Shown: positions 42,517-56,184 of the stretch, piece by piece
Layout of the letters: each line of letters begins with the position of its first letter
Position numbering within the stretch: position 1 is the first letter of the stretch
DNA from: Phyllobacteriaceae bacterium
GTDB taxonomy: Bacteria > Pseudomonadota > Alphaproteobacteria > Rhizobiales > Rhizobiaceae
DNA: 63,941 nucleotides
Direction: 5' to 3'
NCBI GenBank assembly: GCA_029279965.1
Contig: JAJUHJ010000001.1
Location: forward strand, 1-63,941
Notes under the pieces: model-generated
The model's database searches: none
Told to the model about the DNA's origin: nothing
Seen by the model: only the letters and a program-made list of their open reading frames with translations
Program-made: the position numbers and the translations under genes

Positions 42517-43824
42517 TCAAAAACTGTCTCGCAACCACTGGCCGACACGCTGAAACCGCCCTCCGGTCCCAGTGGCACGTGTGAAAATGCCGCCCCTGTT
42601 GACGGCACGCCCCTCGAACTCCGCAACCTGCGGGTAGATGAGCAAGCCAACGGGCGCGGCAAACGCCGGGCCCTTGGCAGCTTCCGGCAGCCCCGCCACC
42701 CCCAGCGGCCGCCCCAGGCGCACATTGCGCCCCAGAAGCCGGCGCGCGGCTTCTGGCAGTCCAGTGAGCTGGCTTGCGCCGCCCGTCAACACGACACGAC
42801 GGCCGACCAGACTGCCATAGCCCGAGCGGTTGAGCCGGTCGCGAACCAATTCCAGAATCTCTTCGATGCGTGCCCGCACGATGCGCGTCATCACCGAGCG
42901 CGGCACCTGCAAGGCCTGTTCGCCATCCTCACCCATCGGCTGAATGGCAACGACATCACGGTCGTCCGCGGCGCTTGCGGGCAAGGCGGAGCCGTGCATA
43001 ACCTTCAACCGTTCGGCATCCTCCAACCGTGTCGAAAGTCCGCGCGCCAGATCCATGGTCACATGATGCCCGCCCATCGGCAGCGCATCGGCATGCACGA
43101 ATTTGCCGTCGACGAACACCGACATCGTGGTGGTTCCGCCCCCCATATCGATACAGGCGGCGCCCATTTCCGCCTCGTCATCCACAAGAGCGGCCAAGCC
43201 GCTGGCATAGGGCGTTGCCACCATACGCTCGACCGAGAGATGCGCGCGGTTGACGCACAGTTCCAGATTTCTGAGCGGCACCGCATCGGCCGTCAGCACA
43301 TGCATATCGACGCCCAGCGCCTCGCCGACCATGCCGCGCGGATCGCGAATGCCGCGCTCCTGATCAAGCGAAAAACCAACCGCGAGGGAATGCACCACCT
43401 CGCGCTCGGCGCGCAGCGCCTGACGCGCACCGGCAAGAAGCACGCGCGTAATGTCGGCTTTCGCCACCTCGTAGCGCCCCAGCTTGATCGTGGCCGACGC
43501 CGTTTCACTCTTTAGCCGCCCCGCCGAAACGTTGACGATGAGAGAATCAATCGTCAGCCCCGCCATGCGCTCAGCGGAATCAACAGCCAGCCGGATCGCC
43601 TGCTCCGCCCGGTCGAGATCGACCACGACGCCGGACTTCATCCCCTGCGACTTCTGATGGCCAATTCCGATGACCTTGATGCGATGCGTGCGGTGCGGCA
43701 GGGCGCGGCCGCTCTCATGCGGCAGCAGCTTGGCGATGATGCAGCACACCTTGCTCGACCCGACATCAAGAACGGTAATTATTCCTGAGCGATGCGCGCT
43801 TCGATTTCCAAGAAGCCAACTCAT
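42517..43824 (-). CDS. ftsA: Cell division protein FtsA
   Basis: LDVGSSK, IDMGGGTT, VVLTGGAS. Upstream of ftsZ. Confidence 0.97.
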   Translation of the reverse strand: MSWLLGNRSAHRSGIITVLDVGSSKVCCIIAKLLPHESGRALPHRTHRIKVIGIGHQKSQGMKSGVVVDLDRAEQAIRLAVDSAERMAGLTIDSLIVNVSAGRLKSETASATIKLGRYEVAKADITRVLLAGARQALRAEREVVHSLAVGFSLDQERGIRDPRGMVGEALGVDMHVLTADAVPLRNLELCVNRAHLSVERMVATPYASGLAALVDDEAEMGAACIDMGGGTTTMSVFVDGKFVHADALPMGGHHVTMDLARGLSTRLEDAERLKVMHGSALPASAADDRDVVAIQPMGEDGEQALQVPRSVMTRIVRARIEEILELVRDRLNRSGYGSLVGRRVVLTGGASQLTGLPEAARRLLGRNVRLGRPLGVAGLPEAAKGPAFAAPVGLLIYPQVAEFEGRAVNRGGIFTRATGTGGRFQRVGQWLRDSF

Positions 43825-44714
43825 ATGCCGACCCCTCCGCCGCGCCGTTTCTTCATTTCTTCGAGCGCCTCCTTCCGCGCCTCATGGGCGGCCGGAGCAA
43901 GAGCCACCGTCAACCGGTCATCGAAACGCAGGTCAACAGCCTCGATATCTCGCGAGAAAAGGGCGTATTCGCGATCGAGCCGGGAGACCTCCGCCAGCGC
44001 CGCTGCAACATCGTTTTCCGGCAGCTTGATGGTTACCCCCCCGTCAAGGAGCAGGTTCCAGCGACGGTCGGCAACCCGGATATACGCGCGCACCCTTCCC
44101 CGAAGGGCCGGCACCTGCTCCACGGTTGCCACGAAGTCCGGACCGGCCTCCCTGGCGCCCTTTCCGATCACCAGCGGCAAGCCTGCGAGCTCCCCTCCGG
44201 TAAACGGCGCAATAACAGCACCATCCCTTTCAACAACCATCACCTGATTGCCGTGCTGCCAGAGCGCGAACGGCTCCTTCTCGACAAGGCTGACCGCCAG
44301 AGTTGCAGGATAGACCTTCTGCACCGCCACGCTCTCTACCCAGTCGAGTTCGGCAATACGCTGACGCGCATCGCGGACATCGAATCCCACCATCGAAGTC
44401 CAGCCATTCAGCCCGACCTGTTGCAGCACATCTATTTCGGAGGTGTAGCGGTTGCCGACAACTTCGACGTGATCGATGGCGAAACCGACGCGTGAGGTCA
44501 GCGCCTGCAGCACCGTCTCCGAATGCCCACCCTCAACGACTCCATAGAGCGCAGTGGCAGCAAAAAGCGCGGAAGTGAAAGCAGTGGCGGCAAAACGCGG
44601 CGGGTTCAGCCTGTCGGGATGCAGTCGCTGAAGCATACGCGTCGGCCTGCGCAGCCAGCGCGGCAGCACATAGCCAGCATCACCCGAATGCCTATCCGAC
44701 ATCAACGCGAACAA
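43821..44714 (-). CDS. ftsQ: Cell division protein FtsQ
   Basis: Single TM, POTRA domain, RRWNL, VDLRF. Probable TTG start at 44714. Confidence 0.93.
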   Translation of the reverse strand: MFALMSDRHSGDAGYVLPRWLRRPTRMLQRLHPDRLNPPRFAATAFTSALFAATALYGVVEGGHSETVLQALTSRVGFAIDHVEVVGNRYTSEIDVLQQVGLNGWTSMVGFDVRDARQRIAELDWVESVAVQKVYPATLAVSLVEKEPFALWQHGNQVMVVERDGAVIAPFTGGELAGLPLVIGKGAREAGPDFVATVEQVPALRGRVRAYIRVADRRWNLLLDGGVTIKLPENDVAAALAEVSRLDREYALFSRDIEAVDLRFDDRLTVALAPAAHEARKEALEEMKKRRGGGVGI

Positions 44715-45628
44715 GACGCGTCCTCCACCATCCAACTTAACAGTTCACCGAAGCCAATGCCGGCCTGGGCAGCGATATCAGGCACCAGCGATGTCGGCGT
44801 CATCCCTGGCTGAGTATTGACCTCCAACCAGACAAGCCCTTCTTCACCAGGAAGGCGGTCGTCGTAACGGAAGTCCGAACGCGTCACGCCCCGACAGCCG
44901 ATCGCTTGATGCGCCCTAAGGCTCAGTGTCTGTATTTTTTGGTAAATATTTGGTGAAATTTCCGCCGGACAGATGTGTTTCGAGCCACCGGGAACATATT
45001 TGGAATCGTAATCGTAGAACGAGTGCCCTACAGGCACGATCTCGCACACACCCAGCGCTTCCTCGCCCATCACCGCGCAAGTGAGTTCGCGCCCATGCAC
45101 ATAACGCTCCACCATGACGCGCTCACCGTAGCCCCACTCATCGGACCTTATGATCTGCGGTGGAGACGCCTGCCCTTCACGCACGATGACAACGCCGAAG
45201 CTGGACCCCTCAGCCACCGGCTTCACCACATAGGGCGGCTCCATGGGATGCTCATTCCCGATCTCGAAGCGGCTCAGCACACGTGACGGCGCCACGGGAA
45301 TCCCCACCGATCGGGCAACGGTCTTGGCAAGCTCCTTATCCATGGCAAGCGCGGAGGCCAGTACACCGGAATGCGTGTACGGGATATCCATATACTCCAG
45401 CAGACCCTGGATCGCCCCATCCTCGCCAAAGGGTCCGTGCAGCGCATTGAACGCAACGTCCGGCTTCAATTGGCCAAGCACCTGGGCGATATCGCGACCG
45501 ACATCGACGCGCGAAACGCGATAGCCTTCCGCCTCGAGAGCATCCGCACAGGCACCGCCCGACGAGAGGCTTACCGGCCGCTCGGACGAGAACCCACCCA
45601 TCAATATCGCGACATGCTTGCTCTTCAT
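44702..45628 (-). CDS. ddl: D-alanine--D-alanine ligase
   Basis: [44 protein letters not shown]. Confidence 0.97.
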   Translation of the reverse strand: MKSKHVAILMGGFSSERPVSLSSGGACADALEAEGYRVSRVDVGRDIAQVLGQLKPDVAFNALHGPFGEDGAIQGLLEYMDIPYTHSGVLASALAMDKELAKTVARSVGIPVAPSRVLSRFEIGNEHPMEPPYVVKPVAEGSSFGVVIVREGQASPPQIIRSDEWGYGERVMVERYVHGRELTCAVMGEEALGVCEIVPVGHSFYDYDSKYVPGGSKHICPAEISPNIYQKIQTLSLRAHQAIGCRGVTRSDFRYDDRLPGEEGLVWLEVNTQPGMTPTSLVPDIAAQAGIGFGELLSWMVEDASCSR

Positions 45629-45978
45629 CTACCGATGCCCGTTGCGACGTGTGGCACGGCGCCCTCGCAATTCGTCAAACACTACAGGAGAACTCCGGCG
45701 ACAACCGGCCGCCGACTCAATCAGGAAACGCTTTTCACTAAAGAATCAGAGAGTTGTCTCACTGACAAGGCCCGCGATTCAGGACGATTCAATTTTTTCT
45801 TAAATTTATCGAAATGTGATCGTCTATCGAGCGTTTTGCGGCCAGCCGCGCAAAGGTAAAAGCGTACAGCCGTATAATTTGCAGCACACACCAGGGAGAA
45901 AACCGTGCCTGGTGTTCGGCAGGTAGAACGTATGGCGTCAGCCGTGCGTGTGCATCCAAGCCCGCGGCGTTCATTTGA

Positions 45979-46941
45979 CTACAAGAGACGTCCGAGGAAC
46001 GGATCGATCGCGTGGCCCGGCTTGAAATCTCCAATGCGCCGGATCTCCCATTGCAGGCTGATGCCGGAATGCTCCAGCACACGAGCGCGGACCGTCTCCC
46101 CCAGGAATTCCAGGTCGTAGCCGCTGGCGGTTCCGGTGTTTATCATGAAGTTGCAATGCATCGGAGACATTTGCGCTCCGCCGATCATGAGGCCGCGGCA
46201 GCCAGCCTTGTCGATCTCCTTCCAGGCAGATGTGCCATCGGGGTTCTTGAAGGTTGATCCGCCCGTCTTTTCGCGGATCGGCTGCACCGTTTCACGGTGG
46301 TTCTGAACAGCCTCCATCGCCATTCGAATGGCACTGCGATCCTCGGCGTATCCTTCCAGAAGGGCGGACGTGAAGATGAGGTCCGCCGGTGCAGACGATG
46401 TGCGGTATGCGTAGCCCATGTCCGCATTTGTCAAAACGTGAAGATCGCCCTTGCGGTCGAGCGCACGCACCTCGACGACGCGCTCGCATGTCTCCACCCC
46501 ATTGGCGCCGGCATTCATGCGCAGGGCGCCGCCGAGCCCGCCTGGTATGCCATGATAGAAATGAAAACCGCCGATGCCCGCCTCCAGCGCGGCGGCCGCG
46601 AGCCGTTTGTCGGACACCGCGGTCCCGGCGCGAATCTGCGTTGGCGAGACGATCTCGGCATCCCGGAAGCCTCTGGTGGACAGACGCACGACAAAACCGG
46701 GAATGCCGCCGTCACGCACCAGAAGGTTGGAACCGATGCCGACCACGGTAACGGGAATTTCTTCTGGAACCGCTCGAAGGAACACGGCCAGATCTTCCTC
46801 ATCCTCCGGCTGGAACAGCGCTTCGGCTTCCCCACCCGCGCGAAACCAGGTGATCTTGTCCATTCCCGCACGCGCAATGAGGCGCCCCCGCACGCCCGAC
46901 AGCCGATCGCCCAGTCTTTCGATGAGGCTTTCGCCCGTCAT
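45979..46941 (-). CDS. murB: UDP-N-acetylenolpyruvoylglucosamine reductase
   Basis: [34 protein letters not shown]. Start at ATG 46941. Confidence 0.96.
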   Translation of the reverse strand: MTGESLIERLGDRLSGVRGRLIARAGMDKITWFRAGGEAEALFQPEDEEDLAVFLRAVPEEIPVTVVGIGSNLLVRDGGIPGFVVRLSTRGFRDAEIVSPTQIRAGTAVSDKRLAAAALEAGIGGFHFYHGIPGGLGGALRMNAGANGVETCERVVEVRALDRKGDLHVLTNADMGYAYRTSSAPADLIFTSALLEGYAEDRSAIRMAMEAVQNHRETVQPIREKTGGSTFKNPDGTSAWKEIDKAGCRGLMIGGAQMSPMHCNFMINTGTASGYDLEFLGETVRARVLEHSGISLQWEIRRIGDFKPGHAIDPFLGRLL

Positions 46942-48335
46942 ACGCCAAGATCCTTTGGAAGGGCATAGGCCCATTGAGTGATGTTGCCTGCGCCGAGAAA
47001 CACGACGAAGTCTCCCTCCTTCGCCATCTGCCGGATCAGGGGAGCGATCGCCTCCGGCCCGTCGATCGTGCGTGCGTCCCGATGACCGGCCGCACGCAGT
47101 CCCGCAACCAGCGTTTCTGAAGAGATGCCGTCGATCGGCTGCTCGCCGGCTGCATAAACCGGTGCCATGAGAACCGTGTCGGCATCGTTGAAGCAGGCAG
47201 AAAAGTCGTCGAAAAGGTCGTGCAGGCGCGTATAGCGGTGAGGCTGCGCAATGGCGATGATGCGGCCGTCCGTCGCCTCGCGCGCGGCACGCAGAACCGC
47301 GCGGATCTCCACCGGATGATGGCCGTAATCATCAAAAATCTGCACGCCGTTCCAGGTGCCTGTGTGCGTGAAGCGACGCTTGACACCACCGAAGCTGGCC
47401 AAACCCTTTCGGATCGCCTCCTCGCCGATCCCCAATTCATGGGCGACAGCGACCGCCGCAACCGCGTTGGAAACATTGTGCCGGCCCGGCATGGGAAGAC
47501 GGAGCCCCTCTATCGTCTTTGCCGTAGGGGTCTTGCGCCCGCGCAGGCTCACATCGAAGACCGAGACGGCGCCGTCCATGCGGTGGTTGACGAAGCGTAT
47601 GTCGGCTTGCGGATTGCCGCCATAGGTAATGATGCGCCGATCCTCGATGCGGCTGACCAGCGCCTGGACTTCCGGATGGTCGATGCACATGACACCGAAA
47701 CCATAGAACGGAACGTTCTCGACAAATTGGCGGAAAGCGTCGCGCACCTTGTCGAACGATCCGTAATGGTCGAGGTGTTCGGGGTCGATGTTGGTGACGA
47801 CGGCAATATCGGCCGGCAGCTTCAGAAAGGTCCCGTCGCTTTCGTCCGCCTCGACCACCATCCAGTCGCTTTCTCCCATGCGCGCATTCGTGCCGTAAGC
47901 GTTGATGATGCCGCCATTGATGACGGTAGGATCGAGCCCACCCGCCTCCAAAAGCGCAGCAACCAGCGAAGTGGTTGTGGTTTTGCCGTGCGTGCCACCG
48001 ATGGCGACGGCCTGGCGAAAGCGCATCAGCTCCGCCAGCATCTCCGCGCGCCGGACAATGGGCAGCAGACGCTCGCGCGCGGCGGCCAGCTCCGGATTAT
48101 CGGGTTTGATGGCGCTGGAGATCACCACCACCTCGGCATCGTCGAGATTCTCGGCCGCGTGGCCGACGAAGACGGTGATCCCCTTCTCCCTTAACCGGAC
48201 AACATTGGCATTTTCCGCCTGGTCGGAGCCTTGCACTTGATAGCCAAGCGTGTGCAACGCCTCGGCAATACCGCTCATGCCGATGCCGCCGATGCCGACG
48301 AAGTGCACCACCCCGATTGTCTGCGGCATCTTCAT
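46938..48335 (-). CDS. murC: UDP-N-acetylmuramate--L-alanine ligase
   Basis: [36 protein letters not shown]. Confidence 0.98.
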   Translation of the reverse strand: MKMPQTIGVVHFVGIGGIGMSGIAEALHTLGYQVQGSDQAENANVVRLREKGITVFVGHAAENLDDAEVVVISSAIKPDNPELAAARERLLPIVRRAEMLAELMRFRQAVAIGGTHGKTTTTSLVAALLEAGGLDPTVINGGIINAYGTNARMGESDWMVVEADESDGTFLKLPADIAVVTNIDPEHLDHYGSFDKVRDAFRQFVENVPFYGFGVMCIDHPEVQALVSRIEDRRIITYGGNPQADIRFVNHRMDGAVSVFDVSLRGRKTPTAKTIEGLRLPMPGRHNVSNAVAAVAVAHELGIGEEAIRKGLASFGGVKRRFTHTGTWNGVQIFDDYGHHPVEIRAVLRAAREATDGRIIAIAQPHRYTRLHDLFDDFSACFNDADTVLMAPVYAAGEQPIDGISSETLVAGLRAAGHRDARTIDGPEAIAPLIRQMAKEGDFVVFLGAGNITQWAYALPKDLGV

Positions 48336-49456
48336 GCGATTGTCCCTTGCTTGAATTCCTGGATAGGATGCCCGCCGGCGACGGCCTCCGTCAGATCCGC
48401 CAATCGCGCGGTTGCGTCCGTTCGCCCCACGCTTTTCGCGCCTGCCGCCATCCTGGCAAGCCGCGCCCCGTCCTCTAGCAGTGCACGGATTTCTTTCGCC
48501 AGGTTCCCTGCCTCGATATCCTGCTGTTTCTTCAATATTGCTCCCCCCGCTTCCACCAGAAGCCGGGCATTGTGCGTCTGATCGTCGTCCACAGCGTGCG
48601 GCAGAGGCACGAGAAGCGCCGGCCTGCCGATAACGGAAAGCTCCAGAACTGTCGAGGCGCCAGAGCGCGAAACAACCAGGTGGGCTGCCGCCATGCGTGC
48701 CGGCAAATCAGAGAAGAAGGACGAAACCTCCGCATCGATCTCCAATTCCTCGTACCGCGCCCGCACCCGCTCCTCGTCTTCCGGGCGTGCCTGCTGCACC
48801 AGAACGAGCCGCCGGCGCAAACTCTCCGGCAAAAGTGCAATCGCCTCGGGAATGGTTTCGGAGAAGAAGCGCGCACCCTGGCTGCCGCCGAAAACGAGAA
48901 GGCGTACACGGCGTCCTTCTTCAGGCGTGTAATAAGGCGTGTCGGCTACGTCGAGAACGGCTTGCCGCACGGGGTTGCCGGTTTCGACAATCTTGTCCTG
49001 ATAGGGACCGGCCGCTTTCAAAAAGCCGCCGGCGATCGCCGTCACGCGCGGCGCGAGCATACGGTTCGTCCGGCCCATGACTGCGTTCTGCTCGTGAATT
49101 ATGGTCGGCACGCTCCTTCGCGTCGCTGCGAAAAGCGGCGGCAGCGTGGGATAGCCGCCGAAGCCGACCACGGCCTGAGGCCGAACGGCGGCAAGCAGTG
49201 CGGACGACTGGCGCACGCCGCGCCATATCGTCAGGCCACTTCGCACAAGCGCGAGCGGATTGCGCGAACCGAAGGTGGCTGCATCGATCTGGTGCGCTTT
49301 CTCGGCAGGGAAACTCTCCGCAAACCGTGCCGCCCTGCGGTCGGTCACCAGATGAACGGTCCAGCCCCGCTCATGCATCGCATGCGCAAGCGCCTCTGCT
49401 GGAAACAAGTGCCCGCCCGTGCCACCCGCACAAAGAAATACGGTCCGTTCCGCCAT
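48332..49456 (-). CDS. murG: Lipid I N-acetylglucosaminyltransferase
   Basis: [35 protein letters not shown]. Start at ATG 49456. Confidence 0.97.
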   Translation of the reverse strand: MAERTVFLCAGGTGGHLFPAEALAHAMHERGWTVHLVTDRRAARFAESFPAEKAHQIDAATFGSRNPLALVRSGLTIWRGVRQSSALLAAVRPQAVVGFGGYPTLPPLFAATRRSVPTIIHEQNAVMGRTNRMLAPRVTAIAGGFLKAAGPYQDKIVETGNPVRQAVLDVADTPYYTPEEGRRVRLLVFGGSQGARFFSETIPEAIALLPESLRRRLVLVQQARPEDEERVRARYEELEIDAEVSSFFSDLPARMAAAHLVVSRSGASTVLELSVIGRPALLVPLPHAVDDDQTHNARLLVEAGGAILKKQQDIEAGNLAKEIRALLEDGARLARMAAGAKSVGRTDATARLADLTEAVAGGHPIQEFKQGTIA

Positions 49457-49457
49457 T

Positions 49458-50612
49458 TCAACCAGCCGTCGCCGCGCGTCCGGACATGCTGGAGATGCTC
49501 GCGGGGCGGCGCTTTTCCGGCCGTCTGCGGGTGAGCGCCAGGACCATTCCCATGGCAATCGCCATCGCCAGAAGCGAGGAACCGCCATAGGAGATGAAGG
49601 GCAGCGTCATGCCTTTCGCCGGCATCAGCCTTACATTCACGGCCATATTGATGATGGATTGGAAGCCGAACAGGATCACCAGTCCACTCAGGGCATAACG
49701 GCTGAAATCGTCCTCCTCGCGCCTTGCCAGCATCAGCCCCCGCAGGACCACGAAAGCGAAAAGGCTCAGGACCAGAAGGCACATGACAATGCCGAATTCT
49801 TCACCGGCGACTGCGAAGACAAAATCGGTATGGCTGTCGGGCAGGATACGTTTGACCGATCCTTCGCCCGGCCCCTGGCCGAGCCACCCGCCACGCGTCA
49901 GCGCCTCAAGGCTCATATCCACCTGGTAGGTATCTCCCTCCCCGGTGATGAAGCGATTGATGCGTTCCGCCACATGCGGGAAGGTGGCGTAGGCACCCAT
50001 GGCGCCCACAATTCCGACCGCGCCAAGTACGATGATCCACAGCCAGGGCATTCCTGCGATGAAGAACATCGCCCCCCAGGTGCCCAGCACGAGAATGGTC
50101 TGTCCCAGATCCGGCTGCGCCACAAGCAGCGCCGCCACCAGACCGAGCAGAAGAATGGCAAAGAGATTGCCGGGGATTTCCGGCTGTCGTGCATGCTCTG
50201 CAAAGAGCCACGCGCAGATGATGACAAAGGCCGGCTTCAGATATTCGGAAGGTTGAATGGAAATGCCGAACAGATAGATCCAGCGCCGCGATCCTTTCAC
50301 CTCCATGCCCATGAAAAGCGTCGCCACCATCAGAAGGAGTGACAGGACGAACATAAGCAGCGCCACCCGCCGGACCTGGCGAAGATCCAGAAACGACACG
50401 CCGATCAACAGCATCAACGCAGGCACCATGTAGATGATCTGCCGCGTGACGAAGTGAAAGCTGTCGAGGCCGATGCGTTCGGCGACTGCGGGACTTGCCG
50501 CAAAGGACAGGACCACACCCGTGCCCATCAGCAACAGGAATGCGGCCAGAAACCAGCGATCGACTGTCCACCACCAGTTCGCCACCAGACTGCGGTCGGT
50601 ACGGCTGATCAT
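49458..50612 (-). CDS. ftsW: SEDS peptidoglycan polymerase FtsW
   Basis: Multi-[31 protein letters not shown]. Confidence 0.97.
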   Translation of the reverse strand: MISRTDRSLVANWWWTVDRWFLAAFLLLMGTGVVLSFAASPAVAERIGLDSFHFVTRQIIYMVPALMLLIGVSFLDLRQVRRVALLMFVLSLLLMVATLFMGMEVKGSRRWIYLFGISIQPSEYLKPAFVIICAWLFAEHARQPEIPGNLFAILLLGLVAALLVAQPDLGQTILVLGTWGAMFFIAGMPWLWIIVLGAVGIVGAMGAYATFPHVAERINRFITGEGDTYQVDMSLEALTRGGWLGQGPGEGSVKRILPDSHTDFVFAVAGEEFGIVMCLLVLSLFAFVVLRGLMLARREEDDFSRYALSGLVILFGFQSIINMAVNVRLMPAKGMTLPFISYGGSSLLAMAIAMGMVLALTRRRPEKRRPASISSMSGRAATAG

Positions 50613-52009
50613 TCCCTGTCTCCGTTTGGCTTGACGCCGGCGAGTGACAACACCGCCTGGCGGAACGCCTCGCCCCTCACTTCAAAATTTCTGAACTGAT
50701 CAAAACTCGCACAGGCTGGCGACAACAGCACCACTGCCTCTCCCGCCGGATCGCCCGCCGCGTCCCGTGCGGCATGCTCGACGGCAGCCGCAATGGTACC
50801 TGAAATCTCATAATCCGTCGCCTCCCCGATCGAGGCGGCAAATGAGGGCGCTGCCTCGCCCACCAGATAGGCTTTCGCAACGCGCGAGAAATAAGGCTTC
50901 AGGCTTTCGATGCCGCCCTCTTTCGCCAGCCCGCCGGCTATCCAGTAGATGCGCTCGAAGGCGGAAAGTGCGGGAGCCGCGGCGTCCGCGTTGGTGGCTT
51001 TCGAATCATTGACGAACAGCACGCGTCCGCGTCGGCCTACCTGCTCCATGCGGTGAGCAAGTCCCGGAAAGCTCCGCAGCCCGGCCTGAATGTCGGACAC
51101 CGACAACCCGCAGACAAGGGATGCCGCAACTGCGGCGAGTGCATTCTGCGCGTTATGGCGTCCCCGCAGCGCGCCAACGCCATCCAGCGAAACAAGAGGA
51201 CGCGCATCGCCCCCTTCGGCATGCATGAGTTGGGAGCCTTCGGCGAAAAATCCGTTCTCAAGCCGTCCCGCCGCTGAAATCCGCACCACCTCGCGCCCGG
51301 CCTTTTCCAGTTGGTCGGCGATGGTCCTGCAATGTTCGTCATCGACGCCGATGATCGCGCGCGCGCTGCCCGCGACGAGCCGCGTCTTCACCGCCGCATA
51401 GCCCTCCATCGTCCCGTGCCGGTCAAGATGGTCGGGCGCCAGGTTGAGCAGCACCCCCACCGAGGGATCGATGGTCGGCGCAAGGTCGATTTGATAGGAG
51501 GAACATTCCACCACATAGTGACGTCTTGGCGCTGGCGGATCGAGGGTCATGATCGCGCGCCCGATATTGCCACCCATCTGCGTGTCCTTGCCGGCGGAAG
51601 ACAGCACGTGCGCTATCAAAGCCGTCGTCGTGGATTTTCCATTGGTCCCGGTGATGGCGATGAAGGGTGTTTGCGGCGCCAACGCCCGCCTTTCGTGCGC
51701 GAAGAGCTCTATGTCGCCAATGATATTCACCCCTGCCGCTTTCGCGAGCTCCACGCTCCAGTGCGGGTGCGGATGGGTGAGCGGCACGCCGGGAGCGAGC
51801 AGCAGAGCATCGATCGCGTTCCAGTCGGCTTGGCGCAGGTCGCCGGTCGCAATGCCGTTTTCGCCTGCCGTTGCAACGCTCTCGGGATTGTCGTCCCACC
51901 CGAGCACCGTTGCGCCGCCGGCGAGCAACGCCTTCGCGGTTGCCGTTCCGGAGCCGCCAAGCCCGAATACGGCGACGTTCCTGCCGCTGAAGGCGGTGGC
52001 CGGGATCAC
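50609..52009 (-). CDS. murD: UDP-N-acetylmuramoyl-L-alanine--D-glutamate ligase
   Basis: [49 protein letters not shown] start at 52009. Confidence 0.97.
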   Translation of the reverse strand: MIPATAFSGRNVAVFGLGGSGTATAKALLAGGATVLGWDDNPESVATAGENGIATGDLRQADWNAIDALLLAPGVPLTHPHPHWSVELAKAAGVNIIGDIELFAHERRALAPQTPFIAITGTNGKSTTTALIAHVLSSAGKDTQMGGNIGRAIMTLDPPAPRRHYVVECSSYQIDLAPTIDPSVGVLLNLAPDHLDRHGTMEGYAAVKTRLVAGSARAIIGVDDEHCRTIADQLEKAGREVVRISAAGRLENGFFAEGSQLMHAEGGDARPLVSLDGVGALRGRHNAQNALAAVAASLVCGLSVSDIQAGLRSFPGLAHRMEQVGRRGRVLFVNDSKATNADAAAPALSAFERIYWIAGGLAKEGGIESLKPYFSRVAKAYLVGEAAPSFAASIGEATDYEISGTIAAAVEHAARDAAGDPAGEAVVLLSPACASFDQFRNFEVRGEAFRQAVLSLAGVKPNGDRE

Positions 52010-52142
52010 GGGATGCCCCCTGAACTCCTGTGCGCAAAGACCCGCGAGGATGCGATGCAAAGTCCGGGGCCAGGCAAAGCCGGGCCCAGGACCGGTCCGG
52101 GAAAGGCGGTTTGCGCTTGCGAAGTACCAGGCATTGCGCCCC

Positions 52143-53225
52143 CTATCGCAACTTCAAGGTGGAAAGGCCGATCAGGGCCAGAATGACGGCAATGATCCAG
52201 AAACGGATGACCACCTGGCTTTCCGTCCAGCCAAGCTTCTCGAAATGGTGGTGGATGGGCGCCATGAGGAAAACGCGCTTGCCCGTCATCTTGAAGACGG
52301 CCACCTGGATAATCACCGACAAGATCTCGATCACGAACAGCCCGCCGATGATGGCAAGCACGATCTCGTGTTTCGTTGCCACCGCAATGGTGCCGATCAG
52401 ACCGCCGAGCGCCAGGGAACCCGTGTCCCCCATGAAGATTGCCGCGGGCGGTGCGTTGAACCAGAGAAAGCCGAGACCGGCGCCGATCACTGCACCGAGA
52501 AGGACGGCCAGTTCTCCCGTTCCCGGCACAAAATGGATCTGCAGATAATCGGCGAAAATGGCATTTCCCGAAAGATAAGCGATCACGCCGAACGAAGCGG
52601 CTGCCACCATGACTGGAACCGTGGCGAGGCCATCGAGGCCGTCGGTGAGATTCACGGCATTGCCCGCGCCGACGATGACGAATGCAGCGAAGGGTATGAA
52701 GAAGATGCCGAGATTGAAGATGAGTTCTTTGAAAAAGGGGAAGGTCAGGGAGGAGGAGAATGGCGCAAGCCCCGTGCGCATGATGATCCAGGCGGCAATC
52801 CCCGCGATGAGGAACTCCAGGGCAAGGCGGACCTTTCCCGAAAAGCCGAGATGCGACTGCTTGGTCACCTTCAGGTAATCGTCATAGAACCCGATGGCGC
52901 CGAAGCTGACGGTCACCATCAGCACCACCCAGACATAGACGCTGGACAGGTTTGCCCAAAGGAGCGACGAGCCCAAAATACCGCAAAGGATCATCAGCCC
53001 GCCCATTGTGGGCGTGCCCGCCTTCTTGAAATGCGTCTGCGGTCCATCTGCGCGGATGGGTTGGCCGCGGCCCTGGCGCAGACGCAGCGACCTGATAATC
53101 GCGGGGCCGAAAAGGAAGACAATGAACGCCGCGGTGATCAGCGCGCCGCCCGTTCGGAATGTGATGTAACGAAAAACGTTGAAGATCGATATCGTTTCGG
53201 AAAGTTCAACAAGCAGCATCAACAT
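52143..53225 (-). CDS. mraY: Phospho-N-acetylmuramoyl-pentapeptide transferase
   Basis: [35 protein letters not shown]. Confidence 0.98.
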   Translation of the reverse strand: MLMLLVELSETISIFNVFRYITFRTGGALITAAFIVFLFGPAIIRSLRLRQGRGQPIRADGPQTHFKKAGTPTMGGLMILCGILGSSLLWANLSSVYVWVVLMVTVSFGAIGFYDDYLKVTKQSHLGFSGKVRLALEFLIAGIAAWIIMRTGLAPFSSSLTFPFFKELIFNLGIFFIPFAAFVIVGAGNAVNLTDGLDGLATVPVMVAAASFGVIAYLSGNAIFADYLQIHFVPGTGELAVLLGAVIGAGLGFLWFNAPPAAIFMGDTGSLALGGLIGTIAVATKHEIVLAIIGGLFVIEILSVIIQVAVFKMTGKRVFLMAPIHHHFEKLGWTESQVVIRFWIIAVILALIGLSTLKLR

Positions 53226-53263
53226 AGGAAAGCGGTCCCCGCGCGGTCTTTCTTCTTGGTCCG

Positions 53264-54691
53264 TCAGGCACGGACCGGCTTTTCGACCGAAAAATTCCTT
53301 AGCAGGGCTTCGACCAATTTCGAGAACCCCGTACCCTTCGACGATTTGATAATGACGGCGTCCTCCGGCTTTACGCTCTCCAGAAGGAGCGGTAGCAGAT
53401 CCTCGGCATGCTCACGATATTCGACCTTCCGGCCGTCCGGCGGATTGTCGGCCAGAGCTTTCATTTCCGGACCTGCGAGAAACAGGGTGTCTATCGATGT
53501 CGCGCCTATGATCTCGGCCAGCGCCATATGGAGTTTCGCCGAGTGCGCGCCGAGCTCGAGCATGTCGCCCAGAACCGCAATGCGTCGCCCCTCGCCCGCT
53601 ACCGGCGTTCCGTCGAGAAGCTGGATCGCGGCCCTCATCGAGGCGGGATTGGCGTTATAGCTTTCATCGATCAGAGTGAATGCGCCTTCGCGGTGACGCA
53701 GGCGATATCGCTTACCCCGCCCCTCACCGGCGGCAAAGCTGCCGAGAGCCTCCAAGAGCAGAGCGGCATCGGCTCCCGCCAGATGGCCGGCGCCAATCGC
53801 AGCAAGCGCATTCTGCACCATGTGCCGGCCGGGTGCGCCAACCACGCCGGTGAGTTCCGTACCGGCCACCTTCATGGTCACGGACGAACGCTCGTCCTGC
53901 GGCTCGAAATTGAGAAGGCGGAACTGCGAGCGGGTGTTCTCGCCGAAGCCCCAGATGTTTTTTATGCCGGCCTCGGTCGCCATCCTGGAAAGGATCCGCG
54001 AGCGCGTATCGTCGCGGTTTATGACCGCATGACCGCCATTCACGACTCCGGAGAAGATTTCTCCCTTTGCGCGCGCAATTTCGTCCAGGCTCTTGAAATG
54101 GCCGACATGAGCAGCGGCGATCATCGTGATGAGGGCGATATGCGGCTGTATGACCTTCGTCAGCGGCTCGATCTCACCGGCATGGTTCATGCCAATCTCG
54201 AAGACGGCATAATCGCAATCGGCCGGCATCCGCGCCAACGTCAACGGCACGCCCCAATGATTGTTGAAGGATCGATTTGCCGCATGCACCGATCCAACGC
54301 TGGAAAGCGCATGACGCAACATGTCCTTGGTGGTCGTCTTGCCTGCCGACCCTGTTAGGGCGATCACCTTGGCACGGGTCCTCTTACGTGCCGAAACGGC
54401 AAGGCTCCACAACGCTTCCGGGACGTCCGGCACGACCAGTTTCGGCACCGCGAGCCGGCCCAGGGCCGGGAGCTTGGCTTCGGACACGACCAGCAGGCCG
54501 GCACCAGCCGCCATGGCCGCGGTCGCGAAATCATGTCCGTCGAAGCGCTCGCCCCGGACCGCAAAGAAGGCATCGCCACGCCGCAGCGTGCGCGTGTCGA
54601 TGGAAATGCCGGTGACGCCCTCTGGCATCTTTCCGAAAGGGCGCCCGTCCGTGGCCGCCACCATCGCGTCCATATCCCAGAGGAGAGTCAC
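53264..54691 (-). CDS. murF: UDP-N-acetylmuramoyl-tripeptide--D-Ala-D-Ala ligase
   Basis: [43 protein letters not shown]. Confidence 0.97.
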   Translation of the reverse strand: MTLLWDMDAMVAATDGRPFGKMPEGVTGISIDTRTLRRGDAFFAVRGERFDGHDFATAAMAAGAGLLVVSEAKLPALGRLAVPKLVVPDVPEALWSLAVSARKRTRAKVIALTGSAGKTTTKDMLRHALSSVGSVHAANRSFNNHWGVPLTLARMPADCDYAVFEIGMNHAGEIEPLTKVIQPHIALITMIAAAHVGHFKSLDEIARAKGEIFSGVVNGGHAVINRDDTRSRILSRMATEAGIKNIWGFGENTRSQFRLLNFEPQDERSSVTMKVAGTELTGVVGAPGRHMVQNALAAIGAGHLAGADAALLLEALGSFAAGEGRGKRYRLRHREGAFTLIDESYNANPASMRAAIQLLDGTPVAGEGRRIAVLGDMLELGAHSAKLHMALAEIIGATSIDTLFLAGPEMKALADNPPDGRKVEYREHAEDLLPLLLESVKPEDAVIIKSSKGTGFSKLVEALLRNFSVEKPVRA

Positions 54692-56142
54692 TCACCCTTC
54701 TCCATCAATGCTCTTTGCACCTCCTGGTGATCGGAAAACGGATACTTCTTGCCGGCGATCTCCTGGCCGGTCTCGTGCCCCTTGCCAGCAACGATGAGCG
54801 TATCGCCCGACCGCAGCATGGCAATGGCGCCCCTGATCGCCTCGCGCCGGTCGCCGATTTCGGTTGCGCCCGGCGCTGCATCCATAATCGCCCGGCGAAT
54901 GTCCGCTGGATCCTCGGAACGCGGATTGTCGTCGGTGACGATGACCACATCCGCCAGCCTGTGCGCCACCTCGCCCATAATGGGCCGCTTGCCCGAATCA
55001 CGGTCGCCACCGCAGCCGAACACCACGATAACACGACCGGTGGTGAACGGGCGCACGGCGGCAAGCACATTCTCCAGAGCGTCGGGCTTGTGTGCATAAT
55101 CGACATAGACCTGGGCACCGTTTGCCGCGGTGCCGGCCAGTTCAAGTCGTCCCGACGCGCCTTTCAGGTGTTCGAGTGCCGCAAGCGCCCTGTCGGCGGA
55201 AAGCCCGGTGGAAATCGCAAGGCCCGCCGCCACCAGCGCGTTGGCGATCTGGAAATCGCCGGCCAGCGGCAGGACGATCTCATGGATGGTGCCGTTATGC
55301 TCCACTTCGGCGCGCTGGCGATGACGCTCGTGTTCGACGCGTTTCAAGCTAAGGAAAGCGCCCGCGCGCCCGACGGTAAAAACATCGAGGCCGGCGTTGC
55401 GCGCCGCCTCCTCCGTCGGTTCGGACCAGGGATCGTCCGCGAAGATCACCGCCGGCGCGCCTTTCGGCAGAAGCGTGTCGAACAGCCTCATCTTTGCCCG
55501 ATGGTAATCCTGCACCGTCGGATGATAATCCATGTGATCGCGACCGAGATTGGTGAATGCCCCAGCGGCAAGGCGCACCCCGTCCAGCCGCCGTTGGTCG
55601 AGCCCGTGGCTGGAAGCCTCCATCGCTCCATGGGCAACGCCGGCCTCCGCAAGTTCCTTCAGGAGCTTGTGAAGCGATACCGGATCGGGGGTCGTCAGTT
55701 CTCCATACTCGTCCCGTCCGGGCGCAACCACGCCCGTCGTGCCGATCGAGGCGGCTGCCAGCTCTGCCTTTTCCCAGATCTGCCGGGTGAAGGAGGCGAC
55801 CGAGGTCTTGCCGCTGGTGCCGGTCACCGCCACCATCGTCGCTGGCTGAGCACCGTAGAAGCGTGCTGCCGCAAGCGCCAGCGCCCGGCGCGGATCGTCG
55901 ACGGGGATGATCGGTATGCCGATATCGCCCACCGTGCCCGGCCGTGCGACGACAGCCGCCGCTCCGCGCCGCGCCGCTTCAGCCGCGAACGCCGCGCCGT
56001 CAACCTTCACACCGGGAAGCGCAAAGAAGAGCTCGCCCGGCGACACAGACCGCGAATCGGATGAAAGACCGGAAAATTGCATGCCATCGGATATCGGCCC
56101 GCTATGTGGCAAGATGTCGGCAAGTTCGGCCAGCTTCATCAC
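54688..56142 (-). CDS. murE: UDP-MurNAc-dipeptide--meso-DAP ligase
   Basis: TGTSGKT, TTPDP, MEASSH, DYAHKP, GCGGDRD, DNPR (DAP specificity motif), GKGHE. Confidence 0.97.
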   Translation of the reverse strand: MMKLAELADILPHSGPISDGMQFSGLSSDSRSVSPGELFFALPGVKVDGAAFAAEAARRGAAAVVARPGTVGDIGIPIIPVDDPRRALALAAARFYGAQPATMVAVTGTSGKTSVASFTRQIWEKAELAAASIGTTGVVAPGRDEYGELTTPDPVSLHKLLKELAEAGVAHGAMEASSHGLDQRRLDGVRLAAGAFTNLGRDHMDYHPTVQDYHRAKMRLFDTLLPKGAPAVIFADDPWSEPTEEAARNAGLDVFTVGRAGAFLSLKRVEHERHRQRAEVEHNGTIHEIVLPLAGDFQIANALVAAGLAISTGLSADRALAALEHLKGASGRLELAGTAANGAQVYVDYAHKPDALENVLAAVRPFTTGRVIVVFGCGGDRDSGKRPIMGEVAHRLADVVIVTDDNPRSEDPADIRRAIMDAAPGATEIGDRREAIRGAIAMLRSGDTLIVAGKGHETGQEIAGKKYPFSDHQEVQRALMEKGE

Positions 56143-56184
56143 GTCCCAGAATCATTTGCAGTTTTGCCGCTGATTATGCGGCAA

